IMG/VR virus record: IMGVR_UViG_3300025435_001056
Coordinates: 1-64,000 of that record
DNA length: 64,000 bases
Direction: 5' to 3' (one strand)
From: a virus
The notes below the pieces were generated by a model, which was given only the letters and a program-made list of their open reading frames with translations, did not search any database and was not told the origin of the DNA. Of this stretch, positions 47,694 to 56,476 are shown piece after piece (within the stretch, counting starts at the first letter, position 1; each line of letters starts with the position of its first letter). The position numbers and the translations under genes were made by a program.

Positions 47694-49709
47694 ATGGCCA
47701 CAACTATTAGTGTATTAACTCCTTTACAACTGGATGCTGCAGCCGGCCTGTTGCAAAATCAAGGTATTGGAATCAATGCCAATTTGACCGTAGCCGTTGC
47801 ATCATATGCCAATACTAGCCTAATCTCGCCGTTTTTAAACACAATCGCTGTAGGTAGTACAGGCAATATATTATCAGCCAACACTCTGGTCAGTCTTGAA
47901 ACCTTGGCTGCCAACGCCTGTCCGGCTCTAAGCGATAGTTTACCAACTGCCTATAGCAATCTTGGCACGCAAATGATTAAAGTGATCGATGCTCAGGCTG
48001 TTCGCGACATCTGCGGCAATAATACTAGCAAGTTGGCACAGGCTGTTAATCAAGCCGATGCCTATACTAGCCAGACCAGTATTTTTATTTCTAGCGCAGT
48101 AAACAGTCAGACCTATCTTGGTAATACATTTACCACTATGAACAACATGATCACTGGTGGCATCACTGAAATTAATTTGAATACTACAGCGTTTGGTTCT
48201 GATCTTGCTAATCTTGGTCGATTGATAAATTTAAACAATCTCAACAATCTTGGTAGCCCCTTGGCCCTAGTACGACAACTGTATTCGATCAGCAGTACCA
48301 TCCCGGTTGTATCATTTGCATTCATTGCAGGTGGAGTGCCGCAACAAGTGGTGTTAACTTTGACCAATCCAACAGCCACCGTAGCTGATTCAGCACAAGC
48401 CCTCATGTATCGTGCCATGACAAAAATTGTTGGCACTGATCTACAACAAATTCTGTCGGTGTTTGGAGTGACCACAACTGGAATTGCAAACATGGCTGAC
48501 CTGTTAAATCCGGTGCGCCTGTTTCCTAACAGTTTTCAAACCTTGACTGTGCCAGCAGCACAAAAAAAACAACCTGTGGCTATCTATATCAATAGTAGTG
48601 GATCAGTTAATACGGCCTTGACAACCTTGTTGCCGCCCTATGTCATGAGTTCTACAATATCCACAGTAAACAATCAAATTGCTTACGACCGACTCAGTCA
48701 GATTATACCAGCAGACCAGGCCCTAGCTAACAAGGCCTTAGCTACCAGTTTGCAACAGGTCACCAACATTACTAATATGTCTTTGCCAACTTTAGCTAAC
48801 ACAGTATCAAATTTGCAAACTACTAGCAATCTTGATCAAGTGACTGCATTAGCTCAGGCGGTGCCTTCTGCAATAGCCAATACTATTTCCAACATAGCTG
48901 GTACTAATGGCAACACAATTGCAGTTTGTGATGTATTGGGCATTGCCGCCGGATATCAAGTGACCGATTATTTTAACAACACCGTGTCAACTTTGGCCAA
49001 TATTAATGTAGCCTACTTAACCACTATATATCAGACTATGAATAGTGTAGTTGGCAATGTGTACGGAGATCCTATAATGGGACCGGTGACAATTCCCAAT
49101 GGAAAACCAGCCGCTGGCGTTTACTATGCCGATTTACAAACCAGCAATACAGGAAATACAGGAAATACATCAAATGTAACATTATTTACAGCTGCTGACA
49201 TAGCATTTAGCGGATATAACGATCCTGACAGTGAAAACCCACCACCCACAGGTCCTGGATTATTTCCGGTGGCCACTGCTGAAATTGGAAACATAATAGT
49301 GGCCAATGCTGATCAAGTAGCTAATCTTAATAGTTATTTTAATTCTATGGCCAATCAGGTAGCAACCGAACAATTTTTACAATCCAAAGCTCAGATTGAT
49401 TTTGCAAATCTCATTGCCAACAACAGTCCCACTGTTTACAGTTTGATTTATAGTTTACCTACATATGGTCAACAACAGGAACAAGGTGGTCAAGCTCAGT
49501 TTTGGCAAGGTGTGGCCAACTTGTCGACCTTTACCGGTCAGTCCGTTGTAGCTGCCATGCGAGAAGGTATTAATAAAACAGTTTTATCCAACGCTGGAAT
49601 ACAAACAAATTCTACCATACCGGCAAATCCAAACCCACCACCCCCGCAGGCCAACCTGATACCTGCTACCTATACCAATCAACAAGCGGCCAACGCTATC
49701 ATCACCTAA
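47694..49709 (+). CDS. putative baseplate hub / tail protein
   Basis: Follows PAAR; Asn/Thr/Ala-rich 671 aa. Confidence 0.55.
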   Translation: MATTISVLTPLQLDAAAGLLQNQGIGINANLTVAVASYANTSLISPFLNTIAVGSTGNILSANTLVSLETLAANACPALSDSLPTAYSNLGTQMIKVIDAQAVRDICGNNTSKLAQAVNQADAYTSQTSIFISSAVNSQTYLGNTFTTMNNMITGGITEINLNTTAFGSDLANLGRLINLNNLNNLGSPLALVRQLYSISSTIPVVSFAFIAGGVPQQVVLTLTNPTATVADSAQALMYRAMTKIVGTDLQQILSVFGVTTTGIANMADLLNPVRLFPNSFQTLTVPAAQKKQPVAIYINSSGSVNTALTTLLPPYVMSSTISTVNNQIAYDRLSQIIPADQALANKALATSLQQVTNITNMSLPTLANTVSNLQTTSNLDQVTALAQAVPSAIANTISNIAGTNGNTIAVCDVLGIAAGYQVTDYFNNTVSTLANINVAYLTTIYQTMNSVVGNVYGDPIMGPVTIPNGKPAAGVYYADLQTSNTGNTGNTSNVTLFTAADIAFSGYNDPDSENPPPTGPGLFPVATAEIGNIIVANADQVANLNSYFNSMANQVATEQFLQSKAQIDFANLIANNSPTVYSLIYSLPTYGQQQEQGGQAQFWQGVANLSTFTGQSVVAAMREGINKTVLSNAGIQTNSTIPANPNPPPPQANLIPATYTNQQAANAIIT

Positions 49710-49735
49710 TCTGTTGTAAAAACACCACATCCAGT

Positions 49736-49764
49736 TTGACTCAAAAAGCCCGATAGCTTATACT
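49736..49764 (+). promoter_or_regulatory. sigma70-type promoter
   Basis: TTGACT-17-TATACT. Confidence 0.75.
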
Positions 49765-49793
49765 AATAACTTAGTAAACTATCAGGAACTGCC

Positions 49794-50333
49794 GTGATTT
49801 CAACTCGCGTAACAAACATAATTGGGTTGATACTTCTGTTGCTCTTGTTGGTACGCCAGGAAGTACGCATGGATCAAATAGAACAAAAGTTAGATCAGAT
49901 AGATTCGGTGATACAAACCACCGAAAGACTTCGTTACACACGATCTGAGTTAGATTGCCTGACCCGCAACATCTACTATGAAGCCGGAGTCGAAGCGGAA
50001 AAAGGCAAATATGCTGTGGCCCAGGTCACAGTCAACCGACTCAAAACCGGCTATTGGGGTCGCACAATCTGTGACGTGGTCTATGCACCCAAACAGTTTT
50101 CATGGACCATGGCCAAGATCTTGACCAAACCCAACACAGAATTGTGGTCTCAGAGCGAACAGATAGCACGCCAGGTCCTGGAAGGGCACCGTATTCCACG
50201 TCTGGCTCGTAGCTTATATTACCATGCGACTTACATACCCAACCCGAAATGGGCAGATCCTGCCGCAGAAGCTGGGCAAATAGGAAATCATGTGTTTTAC
50301 GACCGTGCTAAAGGGTCAAATTTGGCAATTTAA
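49794..50333 (+). CDS. SleB/Hydrolase_2 cell wall hydrolase, membrane anchored
   Basis: CLTRNIYYEA, VAQVTVNR, QFSW, YYHATY, IGNHVFY. Confidence 0.92.
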   Translation: MISTRVTNIIGLILLLLLLVRQEVRMDQIEQKLDQIDSVIQTTERLRYTRSELDCLTRNIYYEAGVEAEKGKYAVAQVTVNRLKTGYWGRTICDVVYAPKQFSWTMAKILTKPNTELWSQSEQIARQVLEGHRIPRLARSLYYHATYIPNPKWADPAAEAGQIGNHVFYDRAKGSNLAI

Positions 50334-50339
50334 GTTTGG

Positions 50340-50368
50340 TTGACCAAAAATACCCAATTTGTTATAAT
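50340..50368 (+). promoter_or_regulatory. sigma70-type early promoter
   Basis: TTGACC-17-TATAAT; spacer similar to the 18991 promoter. Confidence 0.85.
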
Positions 50369-50398
50369 ATTATTATAGTAAATTAAAGGAGCAGGCAA

Positions 50399-50710
50399 AT
50401 GGCATACGAATACTTGGACAAATACAGCGTCGAAGAATTACAAGGTTATTTCTCAGATTTCCACAAGGACTTTTACGGTAGCCGTCCTCGTTGGGGAACT
50501 CCTGACGAGTGGCGCAATCGCGCTTGGTTGGTTGTCAACATCGATGCCATCCATACTGCCATGGATCGGATGAAAGAGACCTACTCGGGTCGCGAACAGC
50601 TTCGTATTCAAGGGTGGGTCGTCGACGAAGCCGAGTTCAACGACATCATTGACCCAGAAGAGTATGCCAACTGGTCTGCTGATCAAGATGCTGTCTACTA
50701 TGGAGCATGA
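50399..50710 (+). CDS. early hypothetical protein
   Basis: SDFHKDFYGSRPR motif; AAGGAG SD. Confidence 0.8.
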   Translation: MAYEYLDKYSVEELQGYFSDFHKDFYGSRPRWGTPDEWRNRAWLVVNIDAIHTAMDRMKETYSGREQLRIQGWVVDEAEFNDIIDPEEYANWSADQDAVYYGA

Positions 50711-50876
50711 TGTGATGACTACAGATGCTCACAAGTGTACGGTATGTTCATGTGACTATACCGACGACGAAGGTGGCATACAAGGTTACTTTGGTATCCT
50801 GCCTGTAAGTTTTTGTCCAACCTGTTTCGGTTGCATGTGCGACATGGCCAGTCAGTTCATTACCGAGGAAGAATAA
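50700..50876 (+). CDS. small Cys-rich protein (start uncertain, 50700-50715)
   Basis: CTVC..CPTC. Confidence 0.65.
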   Translation: MEHDVMTTDAHKCTVCSCDYTDDEGGIQGYFGILPVSFCPTCFGCMCDMASQFITEEE

Positions 50877-51055
50877 TGGATTATAAAAAACTGTACAACA
50901 TCAAAATGACTATGAGTCCCAAAGACATTATGACTTTTGTATCAGGCTTACATGATGTACAGATGGACATGATCGAAACTGTGGTCATGCGCAAAGAGCG
51001 TGAAGGCTTTCCAGAAGCTTCGGCAGTGATTCAGCACATCATGGAGCTAAAATGA
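50876..51055 (+). CDS. small hypothetical protein
   Basis: GAGG SD; TAATG coupling. Confidence 0.65.
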   Translation: MDYKKLYNIKMTMSPKDIMTFVSGLHDVQMDMIETVVMRKEREGFPEASAVIQHIMELK

Positions 51056-51213
51056 TTAAAAAATCTTTCCGGCATTGGTGCCAAGAAAAATGGTTTGATC
51101 ACAAAGACGAGCTAGAGTCGTATCATCAACCATTGGACCACACTGCACAACAATATTTTGAACGATACAAATATTGGTTAAAACGCGAATATCGTCATCA
51201 ACAAAATGATTAA
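51052..51213 (+). CDS. 53-aa hypothetical protein (not in the ORF track)
   Basis: MIKKSFRHWCQEKWFDH..YKYWLKREY; ATGA coupling fills the gap. Confidence 0.65.
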   Translation: MIKKSFRHWCQEKWFDHKDELESYHQPLDHTAQQYFERYKYWLKREYRHQQND

Positions 51214-51469
51214 ACAGTCGGTCTTGCTTGTTGTAATTTTATTAGTTGGCTGTGCAACTCACACAGCCTATCAACCTGTTGACATGACAACCTTTGTAGC
51301 AAGTTGTCCAGATGCTAAACGTCAAATTGATTTTTTAACTATAAAAATTGACGAGTATAATCAGTATCATCAAACTAATCCTCCTACATTGGAAGATCGT
51401 AGATACTACAGTAAGTTAAAAAATAACCTTTGGTCGCTTAGATCAACATGCTCCGCAAAATACCTTTAA
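51206..51469 (+). CDS. putative lipoprotein
   Basis: Lipobox LVGC. Confidence 0.7.
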   Translation: MIKQSVLLVVILLVGCATHTAYQPVDMTTFVASCPDAKRQIDFLTIKIDEYNQYHQTNPPTLEDRRYYSKLKNNLWSLRSTCSAKYL

Positions 51470-52011
51470 TACTTTTGTTTGCGTCAACCGCAACACATGG
51501 TGAATGTTATGTGCGGTCGGCTGTGACCAATCAAACAGCCATGTCCATAGAGGCCGTTGCTGATGTAGATCCATTTGTAATTCCTATCAGCCCAACGCAA
51601 AATAAGTGTATAGTAAACTTTAGAGCACAAGTTAATGGCAAATGGATCACAGCCGAAGGTGAGCGGATTGGTCCAAGAAGCATGCCCGAAAAAGAGCTGT
51701 GCGATGGTGCCATTGATAGTGGACGCATACAAATACTAAGCCGCGCCAATGGTGGGCGCATGACTGTAGAACAAAACATGGTCTGTAATGACCAACCCGA
51801 AATAAAGGTCCGGTCAGTAAGACGTGGTGAAATGGTTCGTGAAAGCGAAGTTCGTCCACATCCAAACTTTCCTCGACCTTTTACATATCGAACCAGCCAA
51901 TGTCGTTGGTTTATTGAGCCCGAAGTGCATCCTGGTCGTGATTTACTACAACGCCAGGGTATTATTTGTCAAGTAAATGGTAACGAATGGCAGGTAGTTG
52001 ACAAATGGTAA
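51448..52011 (+). CDS. secreted Cys-containing protein
   Basis: Signal peptide; six Cys. Confidence 0.7.
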   Translation: MLRKIPLILLFASTATHGECYVRSAVTNQTAMSIEAVADVDPFVIPISPTQNKCIVNFRAQVNGKWITAEGERIGPRSMPEKELCDGAIDSGRIQILSRANGGRMTVEQNMVCNDQPEIKVRSVRRGEMVRESEVRPHPNFPRPFTYRTSQCRWFIEPEVHPGRDLLQRQGIICQVNGNEWQVVDKW

Positions 52012-52026
52012 GGATTGTAGTATAAT
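51998..52026 (+). promoter_or_regulatory. consensus sigma70 promoter
   Basis: TTGACA-17-TATAAT. Confidence 0.9.
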
Positions 52027-52060
52027 GTTATTATTGAAACTAAACCCTAAGGGGAACAAG

Positions 52061-52792
52061 ATGAAAAAAGTATTGATTGCAACAGTTGTAACTGGTATGT
52101 TGACCGCATGTGGCACCAGTGGGACCAATTATAGTGCTATGTATTCTGGACAAGATAGTTTGAAAACAGCACAAATGAACTCGGCTATCGAGCAGGCACC
52201 TGGCTGGATGAGCAAGTTGCCCAAGGCACCCGGGTACATCTTTGAAAACGGTACGGCCACTTCAAGCGATTTTGGATTTGCTGACATGAAAGCCAAGGCC
52301 ATGGCCTATGCCAAGATTTGTACAGCCGCAGGCGGCAAGATCCGTCAACAGACCAAGATTTTTAAATCTGATTCGGGTGATGTCAGTGTAGATCACAGCG
52401 AACTGGCAATCCGTAGCATGTGCGCCGATGTAGACATTACAGGTGTAGAAACTGTAGAAATGAAACATGTGAGTGAAGGCAATCGCATTCGTACCTATGT
52501 GCTGGTAACACTACCCCTTGGTGACAAAAATGTGTTAAAGGCCACCAAAGACGCACAGGCTCGTGCACCAGAAGCATTTAAAGAGCTAGACGAAGTTACC
52601 TCTGGTAAAAAGGCCACTGAAGTTACACCAGTGACTCCACAAAAAAGTGATACCGTCAGTGTAGCACAACCAGATGGCACTACCAGTACGCTCAACTTGA
52701 TGCCGGTGGAAAATGCTGAATACCGAGCTCGTCGTGAAGAAGCACTGAAAAAGCCCGGAGCCGTAATCGGACAAGTTTCAGTAGCTAACTGA
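52061..52792 (+). CDS. lipoprotein (LPP20-like)
   Basis: Lipobox LTAC; APGW..A..KA pattern. Confidence 0.7.
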   Translation: MKKVLIATVVTGMLTACGTSGTNYSAMYSGQDSLKTAQMNSAIEQAPGWMSKLPKAPGYIFENGTATSSDFGFADMKAKAMAYAKICTAAGGKIRQQTKIFKSDSGDVSVDHSELAIRSMCADVDITGVETVEMKHVSEGNRIRTYVLVTLPLGDKNVLKATKDAQARAPEAFKELDEVTSGKKATEVTPVTPQKSDTVSVAQPDGTTSTLNLMPVENAEYRARREEALKKPGAVIGQVSVAN

Positions 52793-52804
52793 TCGAGTAA
52801 ATAA

Positions 52805-54181
52805 ATGAACACCATAGACTTCAACGGTGATCAATTTAATGAGATCAAAGTGGCCGCAGACTGGATACGTGACTTAGAGAGTAGCGACAGTCGGTTACAC
52901 AAAGAATCAGTGATTGAGAAGGCCCTGATGGCAAGTAAGTTAGGGTCAGCTAATGCTCAATGTTTCTTGTTTAACTGTTATCAAGCCTACAACCCCTATT
53001 ATGTGTTCGGTGTCAAGAAAGTGCCCGAGACCGCAGGCTTAGAAAATCGACCCAATCCTTGGCCCAAGTTCTGGGCCATGCTAGAAGGCTTACGTACTCG
53101 TAGCCTTACCGGACACAATGCCAAGACCGCCATTGAGTTTATGAGCGAACAGTTTGATAGCGTAGAGTGGAACGGTCTAGCTCGCAGAGTCATCATCAAA
53201 GACCTACGCTGTGGTATCAGTGAAAAAACACTCAACAAAGTTCTTGGTAATACCGAATGGAAGATTCCGGTATTTACTTGCCAGCTGGCACAGGATTCTG
53301 GAGACCATCCTAGCAAGATGAAGGGTACTAAACGTCTAGAAGGCAAGTTGGATGGTGTACGGGTCATTGCGGTGGTATCTAAAAATACGGTAAATTTATA
53401 CAGCCGTAACGGCAAGCCATTTGAAAACTTTCCACAGATCGAACAGGCCTTAGATAGCATCGGTCAAGATCTAAGACGGCAATTGAATGTCAAAGGTATC
53501 CTTGTGTTGGATGGCGAAGTAGTGGGCAAGAGCTTTCAAGACTTAATGAAACAAGCACAACGCAAGACGGATGTCAGCACTGATGAAATGGTGTATCATA
53601 TTTTTGATTGGATGCCATTTGAAAACTTTAGTGAAGGTTTTTGGAACGCCCAACAGCGTAAACGCACACAAGCGTTAGAGTCAGTTCGCGAAACCGTTGA
53701 ACAATACGATTGCTTGACAGTGACCTCTGGTATCCTGGTAGACTTAGACCTAGCCGAAGGCCAGGATCAGTTGCGACGCTATGCCGATGATGCTATAGCC
53801 CAGGGGTTAGAAGGCATAATGATCAAAGAATGGGAAGCACCATATGAATGTCGTCGTAGTGCATTCTGGATGAAGTGGAAACCCACCATTACTGTGGATC
53901 TCAATATTGTGGGTTTTGAAGAAGGCACTGGTCGCAATACGGGCCGCCTGGGTGCTATAATATGTGAAGGAGTTGACAATGAAAGAACTATTAGTGTCAA
54001 TGTTGGCAGTGGCCTTAGTGACAGCAATCGTGATAGTTATTGGCTTGCCCGCAATCAGCTGGTTGGTCAAGTGGTCGAAGTCGAAGCTGATGCGGTAACT
54101 CAAAACCAAGACGGTACTTACAGTTTACGTTTCCCCCGTTTTATTCGTTTTCGTGGATTTGAACCTGGAGAAAAATTATGA
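52805..54181 (+). CDS. lig: ATP-dependent DNA ligase
   Basis: KLDGVR, SRNGK, LDGE, EGIMIK, WMKWK, VGSG, SLRFPRF. Confidence 0.96.
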   Translation: MNTIDFNGDQFNEIKVAADWIRDLESSDSRLHKESVIEKALMASKLGSANAQCFLFNCYQAYNPYYVFGVKKVPETAGLENRPNPWPKFWAMLEGLRTRSLTGHNAKTAIEFMSEQFDSVEWNGLARRVIIKDLRCGISEKTLNKVLGNTEWKIPVFTCQLAQDSGDHPSKMKGTKRLEGKLDGVRVIAVVSKNTVNLYSRNGKPFENFPQIEQALDSIGQDLRRQLNVKGILVLDGEVVGKSFQDLMKQAQRKTDVSTDEMVYHIFDWMPFENFSEGFWNAQQRKRTQALESVRETVEQYDCLTVTSGILVDLDLAEGQDQLRRYADDAIAQGLEGIMIKEWEAPYECRRSAFWMKWKPTITVDLNIVGFEEGTGRNTGRLGAIICEGVDNERTISVNVGSGLSDSNRDSYWLARNQLVGQVVEVEADAVTQNQDGTYSLRFPRFIRFRGFEPGEKL

Positions 54182-54294
54182 CAGCATGGATGATGGAACA
54201 CTGGTTTGTTGAAGCAGTATTGTGTATTGTAGCAGGATTTATCTTGGCTCGGATACTTTGCGTAGTGGCAGAACTCATGGATCGCAATGACTGA
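54178..54294 (+). CDS. 38-aa membrane peptide (not in the ORF track)
   Basis: MTAWMMEHWFVEAVLCIVAGFILARILCVVAEL; ATGA coupling to the ligase. Confidence 0.5.
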   Translation: MTAWMMEHWFVEAVLCIVAGFILARILCVVAELMDRND

Positions 54295-54487
54295 TGTAAA
54301 GTTTAAAGTCGGCGGAGAGGAAACACCCAACACCACTACATTTTTTTGTGGCGGGGTCGAAATGTTGCGGTTTAGTGACAAGGGCTTCTGGGTCCGCGGA
54401 AAGAAGATCCGCCAGAGTGACAAAGAAGCACAAGTAGTGTATAATAGCTTCAAAGAGTGGTTAACTTGGCAACACATTAGCAGATAA
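54287..54487 (+). CDS. hypothetical protein
   Basis: EMLRF..GFWVRG..VYNSFKEW. Confidence 0.65.
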   Translation: MTDVKFKVGGEETPNTTTFFCGGVEMLRFSDKGFWVRGKKIRQSDKEAQVVYNSFKEWLTWQHISR

Positions 54488-54495
54488 AGGACGAC

Positions 54496-55689
54496 ATGGC
54501 AACACCAGAACAAAAACAACAGTTAATTGACACACTCAAGTTTACACCCAGAACCTATCGTATCTCCATGTGGGGCTACGGTGGTGAAAAGGTTATGGGT
54601 ACGGTGGATCCCAAGGTTTGGGACTACTGTATGGAACACCAGGTTGATCTTAGTGATCTGGCCTGGGACTCAGATGCCGCTGAGAACATAGGGCTTGATC
54701 CAGATCAGTTACCGTTCTACCCCGGCTCGTGGTACGAGTGCGACAGCATGGGACATGTTCACGGTGTAAATCGCGACGCTGGTACCTTACAGATTGAAGA
54801 TGAAAACGGTGAAACTGTTCTTGAGAAAGAACTGGGCGAATTTGATGGTTGCGACGATAGCGCACAGCTCAACACCGACGATGAAGTTTGGATTGGAAGT
54901 CGTAAAAAAGGTGAAGTTGTATTTGTTGGAAGTTCAAACGAAAAGGGAACTTTCTTTGAAGCTGACTTAGAACTGACAGCACCATTTGATATTGAAAAGT
55001 TAGAGCTACACATTTCGGACTTTGACGGTGAGGAAATTGTGCATGGCATCAGTTACGATGGTGAAGACATCGACAACTGGGGCGGTTCAACAGATGGTAA
55101 GAGTTCAGACTTTGTCATGGTGCGTATGATCGACGACGAAGGCAACTTTGAGCGATATGAACCCGGGGAGAAGGACTGGGGTCACCCCGAATACGGAACC
55201 AGCCCCGATAGTTGGGAAAAAACTGTGGAGTTTAAGTTTGCCAAACACAAACCGGTACACCCGGGCTATTACAATGCTGTCTACAGTAACTTTGGCACTA
55301 CCTATGGTAGCTTATATTGGGATGGCAAAAACTTTGGTGAGTGGGAGTTTGGCAAGTTCAAACCCATTGCTGGCGTAGATCGTTGGTCCGGTTATAACTG
55401 GGACACCAGCTCATGGTCTAATCGTCCGCCCGAGCCACCGAACCTTACATGTGATAACAAAGAGTGCAGTTGGGTAGGTATGAGTGAAGAACGCAATACT
55501 GACGACGATTACACGGATCATTGTCCTGAATGTGACGGTACTGAGTTTAGCTGGATTGATTATGATCCCAACACCAAAGAAGGCCGCGCCAACCGTAACA
55601 AATATTGCTATACCGGTGATGTAGCGGACTTGGAAAAGGCATTGAAAGAACTCAAAGCAGAATTTGAAGCACTGTGTGAAGAAGACTGA
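54496..55689 (+). CDS. acidic hypothetical protein with Zn-ribbon-like C-terminus
   Basis: AAGGA SD; C..CSWVG..CPEC. Confidence 0.75.
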   Translation: MATPEQKQQLIDTLKFTPRTYRISMWGYGGEKVMGTVDPKVWDYCMEHQVDLSDLAWDSDAAENIGLDPDQLPFYPGSWYECDSMGHVHGVNRDAGTLQIEDENGETVLEKELGEFDGCDDSAQLNTDDEVWIGSRKKGEVVFVGSSNEKGTFFEADLELTAPFDIEKLELHISDFDGEEIVHGISYDGEDIDNWGGSTDGKSSDFVMVRMIDDEGNFERYEPGEKDWGHPEYGTSPDSWEKTVEFKFAKHKPVHPGYYNAVYSNFGTTYGSLYWDGKNFGEWEFGKFKPIAGVDRWSGYNWDTSSWSNRPPEPPNLTCDNKECSWVGMSEERNTDDDYTDHCPECDGTEFSWIDYDPNTKEGRANRNKYCYTGDVADLEKALKELKAEFEALCEED

Positions 55690-55849
55690 TTGGTATTTGG
55701 CCAGCATTAAACCTGTCCGGGTGGGTTGGTATGAAGTACGATTACGCACTTGGCCTTGGCCTGTTATGATCAAGTGGACTCGTCGGGGTTGGAAGCACAG
55801 TATCATACACGTCAAACAATGGCGAGGACTGAAAGAGAAAATTAAATGA
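55664..55849 (+). CDS. small Trp-rich hypothetical protein
   Basis: TDWY..KPVRVGWYEV..WRGL. Confidence 0.6.
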   Translation: MKHCVKKTDWYLASIKPVRVGWYEVRLRTWPWPVMIKWTRRGWKHSIIHVKQWRGLKEKIK

Positions 55850-56049
55850 GCATTATATTATTCATGGCCGCAATGTTTTGCGGTTTTATAGCCGGTCGAG
55901 TCAGTGCAAAGAATGAGCCACTGCTGCCTACGGACAACGAATTACAACTCACAGAAAAACTTACTGTGGCTCAAAATTTAAACAACAGTCTTTTGGTAGA
56001 TTTACAAGAGGCAAAACAAACTATTTGGAAATTAAAAAATGCAAGTTAG
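55846..56049 (+). CDS. small membrane-anchored protein
   Basis: Hydrophobic N-terminus, coiled coil. Confidence 0.6.
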   Translation: MSIILFMAAMFCGFIAGRVSAKNEPLLPTDNELQLTEKLTVAQNLNNSLLVDLQEAKQTIWKLKNAS

Positions 56050-56245
56050 AAAAACAGCGGACGGCAAAGTGTTTGCCTTGTGTGGGTGTGGTCGTAGCCC
56101 GACAGGCGATTGTATTGGATGGCACTCGCTTACAGAAGAAGCTTATCAGGCCAAACGGGCCGAACATGAACTAAATGAATATCGAAAACAAGCCGAGAGT
56201 CTTTGGTTTGAAGGTGGCTCGTGTACCGGAGGTCGATCTGAATGA
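56039..56245 (+). CDS. CDGSH-like (NEET-type) Fe-S domain protein
   Basis: LCGCGRSPTGDCIGWH matches C-x-C-x2-S..C-x-G-x-H. Confidence 0.65.
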   Translation: MQVRKTADGKVFALCGCGRSPTGDCIGWHSLTEEAYQAKRAEHELNEYRKQAESLWFEGGSCTGGRSE

Positions 56246-56466
56246 ATACTATTAAAATCCTAGCCGAAACCATTGATAACCTTTGGTTTTGGACTTATGG
56301 TATTGTAGCCGGTTGGGGTCTTACTGTTACTGTAGTCATTGTGGCCTTGGTAATCCTAACTGTTCGCACTATTAACTTACAGCGACGTATTGATGCGTTA
56401 GAATCAAGACTCATACACGCCGAACGTGATTACAACCTTACTGTTAACAACTGGAAACACCGATAA
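56242..56466 (+). CDS. small membrane protein
   Basis: TM helix plus coiled coil. Confidence 0.65.
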   Translation: MNTIKILAETIDNLWFWTYGIVAGWGLTVTVVIVALVILTVRTINLQRRIDALESRLIHAERDYNLTVNNWKHR

Positions 56467-56476
56467 ATATTCTATT

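Noticed and set aside
52798-52805. TAAATA as a leaderless promoter for the ligase
   Set aside because: Only 1 nt before the ATG, too close
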